DNA of 64,000 nucleotides from NCBI GenBank assembly GCA_038040245.1, contig JBBPIU010000002.1:2651-66650 (forward strand), written 5' to 3'. A model generated the notes under the pieces. The model saw nothing but the letters and a program-made list of their open reading frames with translations, searched no databases and was not told the DNA's origin. Source of the stretch: Pseudomonadota bacterium (GTDB lineage: Bacteria; Pseudomonadota; Gammaproteobacteria; Burkholderiales; SG8-39). The position numbers were made by a program, and so were the translations under genes. Of the stretch, positions 7,906 to 18,832 are shown in pieces; position 1 is the stretch's first letter, and each line of letters begins with the position of its first letter.

Positions 7906-10900
7906 CTAGGGCGCCCTGTTCGGCGCGTGCGGGCCCGCCGGTGCGGGGGCACCGCCGACCAGGGCCGGCTGGGAGCGATTCTTGCGACGGTCGGCGATCC
8001 ACTGCTGCAGCCGCTCGAAATACAGGTAGACCACCGGAGTGATGTACAGCGTGAGGACCTGCGACAGCAGCAGGCCGCCGACCACGGCGAGGCCAAGCGG
8101 CGCGCGCGCGCTGCCACCGACGCCGAAGCCGATCGCGATCGGCAGGCTGCCCACCAGCGCCGCGGCGGTGGTCATCATGATCGGGCGGAAGCGGATGATG
8201 CCCGCCTCATAGATCGCCGCCTCGGGCGCCTTGCCTTCGTTCCTCTGCGCCTCGATCGCGAAGTCGATCATCAGGATCGCGTTCTTCTTCACGATGCCGA
8301 TCAGCATGATGATGCCGACGAAGGCGTACATATTGAGTTCGATGCCGAAAGCCATCAGCGTCAGAAGCGCGCCGAGGCCCGCGGTCGGCAGGCCCGAGAG
8401 GATGGTGAGGGGGTGGATGAAGCTTTCGTAGAGGATGCCGAGCACGAGGTAGATCACGAACACGGCGAACAACAGCAGCAAGCCCATACCCTGCAAGGAG
8501 GCCTGGAACGCCTGCGCGGTGCCCTGGAAGGACGCGTTGATGGTGGCCGGAATCTGCATGGTGGCCATCTCCCGCGTCACCTCGTCGATCGCCCGCGACA
8601 GCGCCACGCCGGGGCGCAGATCGAAGGAGATGGTTACCGAAGGTAGCTGCCCGAGGTGGGTCACCGATAGCGGGCCGACGCTGTAAGTCAGTTTTGCCAC
8701 GGAATTCAGCGGCACCAGGGCGCCGCTGGTGGAACGCACGTAAAGCATGGCGAGCGCCGAGGGGTCCTGCTGGTAACGCGGCTCGAGCTCGAGAATCACC
8801 CAGAACTGGTTGGTCGCGGTGTAGATGGTCGAGACCTGCGACGCGCCGAAAGCGAAACCGAGCGTGGTCTCGATCGCCTGCGGCGAGACGCCCAGCGCCG
8901 CCGCCTTCTCGCGGTCGATCTCGACGTTGACCTGCGGGCGGGCGATCTGCAGGTCGCTGGAAACATCGACGATGCCCGGCAGCGAGCGCAATTTCTGCTC
9001 GATGCGCGGCGCCCATTGGTAGAGCTGTTCGGTGTTCGGCCCCTGGATCACGTACTGGTAGGGGCTCTTGGTCAGCGAACCGATGCGAATCGTCGGCACG
9101 TTCTGCACGAAAGTCTTCATGCCGACAACGCTGGCGAGCTTGGGACGCAGGCCTCGGACGACTTCGTCTGCGGGTTTTCGCTTGCCGTAGGGCTTGAGCG
9201 CGATGGTGATGCGGCCGCTGTTCATCGCGGCGTTGTTGCCGCCCGCCCCGACGAACGACATGATGGCTTCGATGTTGGGATCCTGGCGCACGATCTCGGC
9301 GACCTGGCGCTGCAGCTCCACCATGCCATCGAAAGACACGTCTTGCGGGCCTTCGGTAAAGATGAACAACTGGCCGGAGTCTTCGCTCGGCAGGAAACCC
9401 TTGGGCGCCCGGGCGAACAGCACCCCGGTGGCCACGCAGATGACAAGGAACGCGAGCATGGTGACGCGTTGGTGCGCGATCACCCAGCGCAGCGTGGCGC
9501 CGTAAAAATCGCGCCAGGCATCAAAGCCGCGTTCGAATGCCATGTAGAGGCGGCCGTGCCGCAGGTTCGGATCGTGCGGCTTCAGAATGCGGCTGCACAT
9601 CATCGGTGTCAGCGTGAGCGAGACGAAACCCGAGATCAGCACCGCGACGATGATCACCACCGCGAACTCGTGCAGCAGGCGCCCGAGGATGCCGCCCATG
9701 AAGAACACCGGGATGAACACCGCGGCAAGCGAGATCGTCATCGACACGATGGTGAACGCGATCTCCTTCGAGCCATCCAGCGTCGCCTGCATCACGCTCT
9801 TGCCCATTTCGATGTGGCGGCTGATGTTCTCGAGCATCACGATGGCGTCGTCCACCACGAAGCCGACACACAGCGTGAGCGCCATCAGCGAAATATTGTC
9901 GATGCTGTGGCCGAATACGTACATCAGCGAAAAGGTGCCGACGATGGACATCGGCAGCGCCACGCTCGGGATGATGGTCGCCGGGATGTTGCGCAGGAAG
10001 ATGAAGATCACCATCACCACCAGCGCGAGTGCCAGCAGCAGCGTGAACTCGACCTCCGCCACCGAGGCACGGATCATTACCGTGCGGTCGTAGAGGATGT
10101 CGATGCCGATGCTCGGCGGTACTTCGGCGCGGAACGTCGGCAGCAGCTTCTTGACGGCGTCCACCACTTCGATGGTGTTGGTGCCGGGCTGGCGCTGGAC
10201 CGCGAGCACGATGCCGCGCTTGTCCTTGAACCAGGCCGCGACCTTGTCGGTCTGCACACTGTCGATGACGCGGCCGACCTCGCCCAGGCGCACCGGGTTG
10301 CCGTTGCGGTAGGTGACGATGATCGACTGGAACGCCTTGGCGTCGTACAGCTGGCCGGTGGCCTGCACCGCGAACATGCGGTCCTTGCCATAGAGCGTGC
10401 CGGTAGGCTGGTTGACGTTGGCGTTTGCAATGGCCTGTTGCACCTCATTCATGCTGACCCCGCGCGCCGCGAGCACGCTCGGATCGACCTGCACCCGCAC
10501 GGCGTATTTCTGCTGGCCGAAGACCTGCACCTGCGCCACGCCGCTGATGGTCGAGATGCGCTGCGCGAGATAGGTTTCGGCGTACTCGTTGACCGTCGAG
10601 ATCGGCAGCACATCCGAAGTGAGCGCGAGGAAAAACACCGGGAAATCGGCCGGGTTCACCTTGCGGAACGAGGGCGGTGTCGGCATCGCGGGCGGCAGCA
10701 GGCGCGCGGTGGCGGCGATCGCCGAGTTCACGTCCTGCGCGGCGGCGTCAATGTCGCGGTCGAGGTTGAACTGGATCGTGATCGAGGTCGAGCCCTGGCC
10801 GCTTACCGAGGTCATCGAGTCGATGCCCGAGATGGTGGAGAACTGCTTCTCGAGCACCGTCGCCACCGCCGAAGCCATGGTTTCCGGGGACGCGCCGGGC

Positions 10901-11052
10901 AGCCCGGCGGTGACCTGAATCGTCGGGTAATCGACGTTGGGCAGCTGGCTCACCGGCAGCAGCCGGAATGCGACCACGCCGAAAATCAGGATGCCGGCCA
11001 TGACCAGCACGGTCATGACCGGGCGGCGGACGAAGATCTCGGAGAGGTTCAC
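7906..11052 (-). CDS. RND multidrug-type efflux permease (AcrB/MdtBC family)
   Basis: 1048 aa, 12-TM RND architecture, N-terminal [12 protein letters not shown] motif. Confidence 0.9.
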   Translation of the reverse strand: MNLSEIFVRRPVMTVLVMAGILIFGVVAFRLLPVSQLPNVDYPTIQVTAGLPGASPETMASAVATVLEKQFSTISGIDSMTSVSGQGSTSITIQFNLDRDIDAAAQDVNSAIAATARLLPPAMPTPPSFRKVNPADFPVFFLALTSDVLPISTVNEYAETYLAQRISTISGVAQVQVFGQQKYAVRVQVDPSVLAARGVSMNEVQQAIANANVNQPTGTLYGKDRMFAVQATGQLYDAKAFQSIIVTYRNGNPVRLGEVGRVIDSVQTDKVAAWFKDKRGIVLAVQRQPGTNTIEVVDAVKKLLPTFRAEVPPSIGIDILYDRTVMIRASVAEVEFTLLLALALVVMVIFIFLRNIPATIIPSVALPMSIVGTFSLMYVFGHSIDNISLMALTLCVGFVVDDAIVMLENISRHIEMGKSVMQATLDGSKEIAFTIVSMTISLAAVFIPVFFMGGILGRLLHEFAVVIIVAVLISGFVSLTLTPMMCSRILKPHDPNLRHGRLYMAFERGFDAWRDFYGATLRWVIAHQRVTMLAFLVICVATGVLFARAPKGFLPSEDSGQLFIFTEGPQDVSFDGMVELQRQVAEIVRQDPNIEAIMSFVGAGGNNAAMNSGRITIALKPYGKRKPADEVVRGLRPKLASVVGMKTFVQNVPTIRIGSLTKSPYQYVIQGPNTEQLYQWAPRIEQKLRSLPGIVDVSSDLQIARPQVNVEIDREKAAALGVSPQAIETTLGFAFGASQVSTIYTATNQFWVILELEPRYQQDPSALAMLYVRSTSGALVPLNSVAKLTYSVGPLSVTHLGQLPSVTISFDLRPGVALSRAIDEVTREMATMQIPATINASFQGTAQAFQASLQGMGLLLLFAVFVIYLVLGILYESFIHPLTILSGLPTAGLGALLTLMAFGIELNMYAFVGIIMLIGIVKKNAILMIDFAIEAQRNEGKAPEAAIYEAGIIRFRPIMMTTAAALVGSLPIAIGFGVGGSARAPLGLAVVGGLLLSQVLTLYITPVVYLYFERLQQWIADRRKNRSQPALVGGAPAPAGPHAPNRAP

Positions 11053-12194
11053 GAGGCCGCCGCCGAATCGACGATGTTGACCTTGATGCCGGGCGCGAGG
11101 CGCAGCGCGCCGCGCACCACCACCCGCTCGCCCTTGGCGAGTTTGCCTTCGGCCAGCACCGCGACATCGCCCTCGGTACGCGCAACGACGACTTTGCGCA
11201 ATTCCGCGGTCATGTCTGCCTTCACCACGTAGACGAACTGGCCGTCGGGACCGGTCTGCAGCGCGCGCGAAGGCACGGTGATGGCGTTTTCCTGGTCGTA
11301 GAGCTTGACGCGCACGGTGTAGAACTGACCAGGCCAGAGTGCGGCGTCGCCGTTGTCGAACACCGCGCGCACCTTGATCGTACCCGTGGTCTGGTCGACC
11401 GCATTGTCGAGGAATGCGATGCGCCCCGTGGCGATCGCCTTGTCGGCGCCCGGCGCTGCGACTTCCACCGCGAGGGGGCTCTTGCGCATCAGGTCGCGCA
11501 TCATCGTCAACTGCTGCTCCGGAATCGCGAAACTCACGTACACCGGCTTCACCTGGTTGATGATGACCAGCGAGATGGTGTCGTTCGCCTTCACCATGTT
11601 GCCCGCCTGCAGCAGCGCGCGGCCGACGTAGCCGTTGATCGGTGAGCGGATCACGGTGTACTCAAGATTCAGCTTCGAGTTCTCGAGCCCCGCCTGGCTC
11701 GCCTTCGAGGTGGCCTCAGCGGTCTGCGCATTGGTGCGGTACTGTGCGTAGGCGTCCTTGGAGACGAAATTCTTGTCGAGCAGCTCTTGGTAGCGGCGTT
11801 CCTGCGAAGCCGCCTGGTCGCGGCTCGCGACATCACGCAGGGCTTGCGCCTCCGATTGCCTGAACGCGGCCTCGAACGGGCGCGCATCGATCCTGAACAG
11901 CACCTCGCCCTTTTTCACTTCCTGGCCTTCGCGGAAGTGCAATTCGAGGATTTGTCCGTCAACGCGCGACTTGACTGCGACCGAGGCGAAGGCCTCGACG
12001 TTGCCGATCGCCTGCAGGCGCACCGGCACCGTCTGCTGCACCGCAGCTACGACGGCGACCGAGGCAGTTGGCGGGCCCTTGGCGGCGGGTTTCTCCTTGG
12101 CGCGGGAATCGCCGCTGAAGTACGCGACCAGACCGCCAGCCGCGAGGACGACGACAAGACCGGCAAGGATGGCGTAGCGCTTTCCGGAACTCAT
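11049..12194 (-). CDS. RND efflux periplasmic adaptor (membrane fusion protein)
   Basis: Start set at ATG 12194 ([20 protein letters not shown] anchor). 4-nt overlap with the RND gene. HlyD-like coiled-coil and barrel segments. Confidence 0.85.
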   Translation of the reverse strand: MSSGKRYAILAGLVVVLAAGGLVAYFSGDSRAKEKPAAKGPPTASVAVVAAVQQTVPVRLQAIGNVEAFASVAVKSRVDGQILELHFREGQEVKKGEVLFRIDARPFEAAFRQSEAQALRDVASRDQAASQERRYQELLDKNFVSKDAYAQYRTNAQTAEATSKASQAGLENSKLNLEYTVIRSPINGYVGRALLQAGNMVKANDTISLVIINQVKPVYVSFAIPEQQLTMMRDLMRKSPLAVEVAAPGADKAIATGRIAFLDNAVDQTTGTIKVRAVFDNGDAALWPGQFYTVRVKLYDQENAITVPSRALQTGPDGQFVYVVKADMTAELRKVVVARTEGDVAVLAEGKLAKGERVVVRGALRLAPGIKVNIVDSAAAS

Positions 12195-12208
12195 GAAAGC
12201 GTGCAGCC

Positions 12209-13456
12209 TTAAGGCAACAGCCGCTCGGCGGCAAAGAGTTGATTCACTGTTTCCCGCTCGCGGATCAGCGAGGCGCTGGCGCCCGACACCATCACTTCGG
12301 CGGGACGCGGCCGCGTATTGTAGTTTGAACTCATCACCATGGCGTAGGCTCCGGCTGACATTACCGCAAGGAGGCTGCTCGGTCGAATCGCCAGTATGCG
12401 CTCTCGGGCGAGGAAGTCTGCGCTCTCGCACACCGGCCCGACAATGTCGTAAACACCGGCCACGGCATCCAATTCCGTCTCGCGGACCTGCCGTACCTCG
12501 TGCCAGGCGTCGTAGAGCACGGGCCGGATCAGATCATTCATGGCGGCATCCACCACCGCAAAATTTTTCGATTCGCCCGGCTTGAGGTACTCGATGCGCG
12601 TCAGCAGCAGGCCCGCCTCACCCACGATCGCACGGCCCGGGTCGACGATCAGCGTCTCCTTGCGACCGGCAAGCACGCCCAATGCGCCGTCCAGGAACTG
12701 GGCGATCGGCGCGGGTGTCTCGTCCCGGTAACGGATCCCGAAACCGCCGCCGAGATCGATGTGCGAAATGTCGATACCGGCCCGCTGCAGGCGCTCGGTC
12801 AACGCCAGGATGCGCGCCGCGGCGTCGATGAACGGCGCCGCGCTCATCTGCTGCGAACCGATGTGGCAGCCGATTCCCGTCAATTCGATGTTGGGGCGGC
12901 GCGCGGCATCGCGGTACAGGCGCTCGGCGTCGGCGTAGGCGACGCCGAATTTGTTGTGTTTCAAACCGGTCGAGATGTACGGATGCGTCTTTGCATCCAC
13001 ATCCGGATTGACCCGGAACGCAACCGGCGCCCGCACGCCAAGGCGGACGGCCACTGCATCGACGCGCTCCAGTTCGGCTTCGGATTCCAGGTTCAGGCAC
13101 AGGACCTTCGCGCCCAGCGCCTGCTCGATCTCGGCCTCGGTCTTGCCGAGGCCGGAGAAAACCACCTTGCGCGGATCGCCGCCGGCGGCGAGGACGCGGG
13201 CAAGCTCGCCGCCCGAGACGATGTCGAAGCCCGCGCCGCGCCGCGCCATCAGCGCGAGCACTGCGAGATTCGAATTCGCCTTCACCGAATACGCGATCAG
13301 CGACCTGCGCCCGGCGAGCGCACTCGAGAAGCGCGCGAAATTACCTTCGATTACGGCCCGGGAATAGACATAGCAAGGCGTGCCGAACCGGCGCGCGATC
13401 TCCTCGAGCGAAACCTGTTCGGCGCAGAGCACGCCGCCGCGGTAGGCGAAAGCCAT
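12209..13456 (-). CDS. lysA: Diaminopimelate decarboxylase
   Basis: PLP-enzyme motifs (YSVKANSN, GGGFGIRY, CESAD, SAGAYAMVMSSNYN). Confidence 0.95.
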   Translation of the reverse strand: MAFAYRGGVLCAEQVSLEEIARRFGTPCYVYSRAVIEGNFARFSSALAGRRSLIAYSVKANSNLAVLALMARRGAGFDIVSGGELARVLAAGGDPRKVVFSGLGKTEAEIEQALGAKVLCLNLESEAELERVDAVAVRLGVRAPVAFRVNPDVDAKTHPYISTGLKHNKFGVAYADAERLYRDAARRPNIELTGIGCHIGSQQMSAAPFIDAAARILALTERLQRAGIDISHIDLGGGFGIRYRDETPAPIAQFLDGALGVLAGRKETLIVDPGRAIVGEAGLLLTRIEYLKPGESKNFAVVDAAMNDLIRPVLYDAWHEVRQVRETELDAVAGVYDIVGPVCESADFLARERILAIRPSSLLAVMSAGAYAMVMSSNYNTRPRPAEVMVSGASASLIRERETVNQLFAAERLLP

Positions 13457-13462
13457 TGGGGG

Positions 13463-13651
13463 TTACTTCTTGGCGCCGCCCGCGCTCTCGTCCTCGCCGG
13501 CTTCCTTCGGATAGGGCAGCGGCTTGTACGCCTCGGGCTTGGGCGGCTTTACCCCGGCCGGCGGGTTGTCGCGCAGGTAAAGCGGCCCCTTCTGGCCGCA
13601 GCCGGCGGCAAGCAGAAGAAGCAGCACGGCGAGAATGGCGGGACGCATCAC
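13463..13651 (-). CDS. lptM: Small lipoprotein, LptM/YifL family
   Basis: Lipobox LLAAGC followed by GQKGPLYL. Conserved position immediately upstream of lysA. Confidence 0.75.
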   Translation of the reverse strand: MMRPAILAVLLLLLAAGCGQKGPLYLRDNPPAGVKPPKPEAYKPLPYPKEAGEDESAGGAKK

Positions 13652-13706
13652 GGCAATGAAACGGCGGCTAAAATGACGATGTTAGCAGGATCGTCCGGGA
13701 ATCCTA

Positions 13707-13954
13707 ACCATCACCGAAAGCGAATTCGAAGCTCTTGCAGGCGCCGCGCTGGCGGCGCTGGAAAGCGCTTTTGAAGCCGGCGTGCCGGATGCCGATGTGC
13801 AGGCCAAAGGCACGGGTTTGCTGGAGATCGAATTCGAGGACGGCTCAAAAATGGTGATCAACCGGCACGGCGCGACGGGACCGGGCTGTTTGCCGCAGTC
13901 TCGAAACTTGCCTCGCAGCAGGGCGGAACGCCGGTCGTGCTGAGCGCGCGCTAG
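13707..13954 (+). pseudogene. cyaY: Frataxin homologue cyaY, decayed: no start codon, internal deletion with frameshift
   Basis: Frame A reads TITESEFEAL...LEIEFEDGSKMVINRHGA. A different frame from 13871 reads RDGTGLFAAVSKLASQQGGTPVVLSAR-stop. The central conserved W/GGFHF block is absent. No ATG/GTG/TTG lies between the in-frame stop at 13683 and 13707. Confidence 0.6.
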
Positions 13955-16350
13955 AAGGAGCGCCGTTCCGGCGGCCAGGACGGCCGTTCCGGCTGCTCCT
14001 GCGGCACCACGGGCGCGGACGGGGCCGGCGGCGATGCGTCCTCCCTGGCGGGGGCGAACTCGCGGTAGAAAAATTCCGAAGAACCCCTCGTCGCCGGGGG
14101 CGCTGACGGATCGGCATCGGACCTGACCGAAACGATCCCCTCGGGGACGGTGCGCTGCGCCTCGGGCACGCCTTTCAGGGCCTTGCCCATGTAATCGATC
14201 CAGATCGGCAATGCGATGCGGCCCCCGGTCTGGCTCTTGCCCAAGGTCTTGGGCTGATCGAATCCCATCCAGGCGACGCCGACCAGCCTGGGCTGGTAGC
14301 CGCAGAACCAGCCATCGACGAAATCATTGGTGGTTCCGGTCTTGCCCGCGAGGTCGCGCCGCCCCAGCTTGGCGACCCTGGCCGCGGTGCCGTAGCGAGT
14401 CACGTCCTGCAACATCGAGTCCATGAGGAAGGCATTGCGCGCGTCGATCACGCGCAGCGATTCCTCGCCCGCCTGCTGCGGATTGGCGGTGCCGAGCTGG
14501 TTGCCGCGATCGTCGACGATCTTCTGGATGAAGTAGGGCTGAACCAGGTAGCCGCCGTTGGCGAATACCGCGAAAGCGCGCGCCATTTGCAACGGCGTCA
14601 CCGAACCGGCGCCGAGCGCCATGGTGAGGTAGGGTGGATGCTTGTCGGCATCGAAGCCGAACCGGGTGACGTAGTCCTGCGCGTATTTCGGGTCGATGCT
14701 CTGCAGGATCCGGATCGACACCATGTTTTTCGATTTCGCGAGCGCGGTGCGCAGCCGCATCGGGCCCTCGAACTTGCCGTCGTAGTTTTTGGGTTCCCAG
14801 CGTTGGCCGCCGGTGACTCCGGCCTCGACCACGATCGGCTCGTCCGCGATCACGGTGGCGGGCGTGAATCCCTTTTCCAGGGACGCGGAATAGATGAACG
14901 GCTTGAACGACGAGCCCGGCTGGCGCCAAGCCTGGGTGATGTGGTTGAACTTGTTGCGGTTGAAATCGAAGCCGCCGACCAGCGCGCGGACCGCGCCGTC
15001 GGCCGGATCGAGCGAGATGAACGCCGCTTCCGCCTCGGGCAGCTGCGCGATCTGCCAGTTCTTTTTCTCGTCCCGCTGCACCCGGATGACCGCGCCGCGC
15101 CGTAGCCGCCGCTGTTGCGCCGCCTTCTCCTCCAGCGTGCGTGCGGCGAATTTCAGGCCTTCGCCGGAAACGGCGATCGTTTCGCCGCTTTTCAGCACCG
15201 CCTTTACTTCCTTGGGGCTCGCCGCGAGCACCAGCGCCACCTTCAGGTCGTCCACGTCAGGGTGGTCGGCGAGCGCTTCTTCGTAGTCGTCCTCGGCGGC
15301 ATTGGCGGCCAGTTCGACGAAAGCTTCCGGACCGCGATAGCCCTGGCTTCGGTCGTAGCTGAGCAAGCCGCGCCGGACCGCCTCGTAAGCGGCCTCCTGA
15401 TCGGCCTTGCGGATCGTGGTGTAGACCCGGAATCCCTTGGTGTAGGCGTCCTCAGGGTACTGCTCGTAGACCGCCTGGCGTACCATCTCGGCCAGATATT
15501 CTCCATGGACGCCCGCGAAGTCGTCCATTTCACGCCGGACGTGGAGGGGGGCCTTGGTTGCCTCTGCCTGCTGCTGTTCGGTGATGTGCCCCAATTCCTT
15601 CATGCGCCGCAATACATACTGCTGACGTTGCTGCGCACGTTGCGGATTAGCAACAGGGTTGTAGGCGGACGGCGCCTTCGGCAGCCCCGCCAGAATCGCC
15701 GCCTCGGCCAGTGTCAGCTTGTCCAGGGATTTGCCAAAATAGATCTGCGAGGCGGCGGCGAAGCCGTAGGCGCGCTGGCCCAGGTAGATCTGGTTGATGT
15801 AGAGCTCGAGGATCTGGTCTTTCTCGAGGTTGCTCTCGATCTTAAAAGCTAGCAACGCCTCGTAGAGCTTGCGCGTGAGCGTCTTCTCGGAGGACAGGAA
15901 AAAGTTGCGCGCCACCTGCATCGTGATCGTGCTTGCGCCCTGCAGGCGCCCGCCCTGGGTGAGGTTGGCGTAGGCCGCGCGAGCAACGCCGAGGTAGTCG
16001 ATCCCGGTGTGCTGGTAGAAGCGTTCGTCCTCGGCAGCGAGGATCGCGTGCTTGAGCTGCTCCGGGACCTCCTTGATCGAAATCAGCGAGCGGCGTTCCT
16101 CGCCGAATTCGCCGATCAGTGCGCCCTCCGCGGTGTAGACGCGCAGCGGAATTTTGGGCTGATAATCGGTAAGTACTTCAAGCGAAGGCAGATTCGGGTA
16201 GGCGAGTGCGATGACCAGACCCGCCAGGAACGCACCGGCTGCCGCCAAGCCCCCGAAAAGGACCAGCGGGAACACTAAAAAACGAAGCCAAATCAAGGGG
16301 GTTACGCCAGCTCTAGGGCGTTGTTGCGCGCGGCCGAGGACACGGCGCAT
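13951..16350 (-). CDS. mrcA: Penicillin-binding protein 1A (bifunctional transglycosylase/transpeptidase)
   Basis: GT51 motifs (EDERFYQHTGID, RKLYEALLA) and transpeptidase SxxK/KTG (GSSFKP, KTGTTN). Confidence 0.95.
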   Translation of the reverse strand: MRRVLGRAQQRPRAGVTPLIWLRFLVFPLVLFGGLAAAGAFLAGLVIALAYPNLPSLEVLTDYQPKIPLRVYTAEGALIGEFGEERRSLISIKEVPEQLKHAILAAEDERFYQHTGIDYLGVARAAYANLTQGGRLQGASTITMQVARNFFLSSEKTLTRKLYEALLAFKIESNLEKDQILELYINQIYLGQRAYGFAAASQIYFGKSLDKLTLAEAAILAGLPKAPSAYNPVANPQRAQQRQQYVLRRMKELGHITEQQQAEATKAPLHVRREMDDFAGVHGEYLAEMVRQAVYEQYPEDAYTKGFRVYTTIRKADQEAAYEAVRRGLLSYDRSQGYRGPEAFVELAANAAEDDYEEALADHPDVDDLKVALVLAASPKEVKAVLKSGETIAVSGEGLKFAARTLEEKAAQQRRLRRGAVIRVQRDEKKNWQIAQLPEAEAAFISLDPADGAVRALVGGFDFNRNKFNHITQAWRQPGSSFKPFIYSASLEKGFTPATVIADEPIVVEAGVTGGQRWEPKNYDGKFEGPMRLRTALAKSKNMVSIRILQSIDPKYAQDYVTRFGFDADKHPPYLTMALGAGSVTPLQMARAFAVFANGGYLVQPYFIQKIVDDRGNQLGTANPQQAGEESLRVIDARNAFLMDSMLQDVTRYGTAARVAKLGRRDLAGKTGTTNDFVDGWFCGYQPRLVGVAWMGFDQPKTLGKSQTGGRIALPIWIDYMGKALKGVPEAQRTVPEGIVSVRSDADPSAPPATRGSSEFFYREFAPAREDASPPAPSAPVVPQEQPERPSWPPERRSF

Positions 16351-16465
16351 TATAGACTTTCCCTTTCGTGGAAGATTTACTAGACACTAGGGATAGTTGT
16401 TGCTAGCATCTCACGCAAATTCTACGTATCGCGCCTAACAGGCCGATGCGCAAAGGGAAAAAGGG

Positions 16466-17542
16466 ATGAACCTCGACTTCTTCAAGCCTAAGGCGCCGCC
16501 GTTGTTCGGGCTGGACATCAGTTCGTCCTCGGTGAAGATGCTCGAGATCGTCGAAGCCGGCAAGGGCGCCTATCGGGTCGAGCGCTATGTCATTGAGGCG
16601 CTGCCCAAGGATGCGGTCGTTGACGGCAATATCAACATCCTCGAGGCGGTCGCGGACGCGGTCGCGCGCGGCTACAAGCGGCTTGCCACGCGCACCAAGC
16701 ACGTCGCCATGGCCGTGCCCTCGGGCGCCGTTATTACCAAGAAAATCCTCGTGCAGGCAGGCCTGCGCGAGGACGAGCTCGAACTGCAGGTCCAGAGCGA
16801 GGCCAATCAGTACATCCCGTTCGCGCTCGAAGAGGTCAATCTGGATTTCCAGGTCGTCGGACCTGCGCCCGCGAACCCCGAAGAGCAGGAAGTTCTCATC
16901 GCCGCCACGCGCAAGGAGAAGATCTCCGATCGCGTCGCGGTAGCGGAAAACGTAGGACTCACGCCGCTGGTGATGGATGTCGAGTCGTTTGCGCAGATGT
17001 CCGCGCTGGGACTGGTCATCAATCAGCTGCCCGGCGGCGGCAAGGAACAGAACGTCGCCATCGTCGACGTCGGCGCGAATGTGATGCAGATCACCGTGGT
17101 GCGCGACGAGCAGTCGGTGTATACGCGCGAGCAGGCATTCGGCGGCAACCAGCTTACCTCGGACATCGTCGCGCGCTACGGCATGAGCCCGGAGGAGGCG
17201 GAGAGCGCGAAGCGCTCCGGCGGCCTGCCTGATGATTTCGAGGCCGAGGTGTTGCGGCCGTTCATGGAAAATCTTTCGCAGGAAGTGCAGAGGGCGCTGC
17301 AGTTCTTCTTCACCTCGACTTCCTACAACACGGTCGACCACATCCTGCTGGCGGGCGGCTCGGCCGTGATCCCCGGCCTGGAGGAGGTTGTTCACACGCG
17401 CACCCAGGTTCCGACGTTGGTCGCGAACCCCTTCGGTGCGATGCAGACTTCGCCGCGGATACAGCTCAAGCGCCTGATGCAGGACGCGCCCTCGCTGATC
17501 GTGGCCTGCGGCCTGGCGATGCGGAGGTTCGACCCGGTATGA
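16466..17542 (+). CDS. pilM: Type IV pilus assembly protein PilM
   Basis: Actin-like ATPase fold protein. First gene of the pilMNOPQ order, divergent from mrcA. Confidence 0.9.
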   Translation: MNLDFFKPKAPPLFGLDISSSSVKMLEIVEAGKGAYRVERYVIEALPKDAVVDGNINILEAVADAVARGYKRLATRTKHVAMAVPSGAVITKKILVQAGLREDELELQVQSEANQYIPFALEEVNLDFQVVGPAPANPEEQEVLIAATRKEKISDRVAVAENVGLTPLVMDVESFAQMSALGLVINQLPGGGKEQNVAIVDVGANVMQITVVRDEQSVYTREQAFGGNQLTSDIVARYGMSPEEAESAKRSGGLPDDFEAEVLRPFMENLSQEVQRALQFFFTSTSYNTVDHILLAGGSAVIPGLEEVVHTRTQVPTLVANPFGAMQTSPRIQLKRLMQDAPSLIVACGLAMRRFDPV

Positions 17543-18147
17543 GCGGCAAGATCAACCTACTGCCGCACCGCGAGGAGCGGCGCAAGCGCGCACGCACGCA
17601 TTTCGCCGTCCTTGGCGGGATGACAGCGGCGCTCGGCCTGGCGGTGGTGGCGGCCGTGTGGTTCGTCAACCTGGGGCGCATCGGCATCCAGGACGAGCGC
17701 AACAAGTTCATGAAATCGGAGATCGCCAAGCTGGACAAGGAGATCGACGAGATCAAGGAAGTGAAGGACAAGATCGCCGCGCTGCTTGCCCGTAAGCAGG
17801 TGATCGAGACCCTGCAGGCCGATCGCGTGCAGACCGTGTACCTGCTCGACGAGCTCGTGCGGCAGATGCCGGAGGGCGTGTTCCTCAAGTCCGTCAAGCA
17901 AAAGGGCCCCGGCATCGCACTGGTCGGCTACGCGCAGTCGAATGCGCGCGTCTCGACGCTGATGCGCAACATCGAGTCCTCGCCCTGGCTGACCAATCCG
18001 ATTCTGGTCGAAATCAAGGCGGCAAACCTCGGCAAGATGCGCATTTCCGAATTCAACCTGAAGCTCGCCCTCAAGCGCCCCACGGCCGTCGATTCGAAGG
18101 TCGGCGCCAAGGACGCGGTCAAGGCTGCGCCGGCGAAAAAGGGATAA
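17539..18147 (+). CDS. pilN: Type IV pilus assembly protein PilN
   Basis: ATGA overlap with pilM. N-terminal INLLPHRE motif and a single TM helix. Confidence 0.9.
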   Translation: MSGKINLLPHREERRKRARTHFAVLGGMTAALGLAVVAAVWFVNLGRIGIQDERNKFMKSEIAKLDKEIDEIKEVKDKIAALLARKQVIETLQADRVQTVYLLDELVRQMPEGVFLKSVKQKGPGIALVGYAQSNARVSTLMRNIESSPWLTNPILVEIKAANLGKMRISEFNLKLALKRPTAVDSKVGAKDAVKAAPAKKG

Positions 18148-18150
18148 GCC

Positions 18151-18831
18151 ATGGCGATCAATTTCAATCAGATCGCTGACGACTTCAAGCACACCAACTG
18201 GAAGGATCCCGGCACCTGGACGTTCGCGCCGAAAATCCTGGTGCTGGTCGCCGTTCTGGTGCTGATTCCGGTCGGGGGCTACTTCCTCGTCTGGGACCCG
18301 CAGTACGAAGAGCTGAGCAAGGGCCTCGCGCAGGAAGAGACGCTGAAGAAGGACTACCTCGCGAAAAAGACCCAGGCCATCAATCTGGACCTGCACAAGC
18401 AGCAGCTGCGGGAGATCGACACGCAGTTCGGCGCGCTGCTCAAGCAACTGCCGAACAAGTCGCAGATGGACGCGTTGCTGGTGGATATCAACCAGTCCGG
18501 CCTGTCGCGCGGCCTGCAGTTTGATTTGTTCAAGCCGGCGCCCACAGAGGCGGCGCGGGAGTTCTATTCCGAGCTGCCGATCCAGGTGAAGGTAGTCGGC
18601 ACTTACCACGACATGGGCGCGTTTGCCGCCGACGTGGGCCAACTGCCTCGCATCGTGACGCTGAACGACGTCTCGATCGAAGCGGGCAAGGACGGCAATC
18701 TGACGATGGATGTGACGGCACGAACTTTCCGCTACCTCGATGAGGAGGAAGTCTCGGCGCAGCGCAAAGCGGCGGCGGGCGCGAAGAAGGGACCGCCGAA
18801 GGCGGCCGCCCCCGCAAAGGGGGGGCATTGA
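18151..18831 (+). CDS. pilO: Type IV pilus assembly protein PilO
   Basis: Position in the operon, N-terminal TM helix and coiled coil. Confidence 0.85.
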   Translation: MAINFNQIADDFKHTNWKDPGTWTFAPKILVLVAVLVLIPVGGYFLVWDPQYEELSKGLAQEETLKKDYLAKKTQAINLDLHKQQLREIDTQFGALLKQLPNKSQMDALLVDINQSGLSRGLQFDLFKPAPTEAAREFYSELPIQVKVVGTYHDMGAFAADVGQLPRIVTLNDVSIEAGKDGNLTMDVTARTFRYLDEEEVSAQRKAAAGAKKGPPKAAAPAKGGH

Positions 18832-18832
18832 A

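Noticed and set aside
11049-12431. The longer 460-aa version of the RND adaptor starting at 12431.
   Set aside because: The extension overlaps the lysA 3' end and is low-complexity. ATG 12194 gives a normal membrane-anchor N-terminus.
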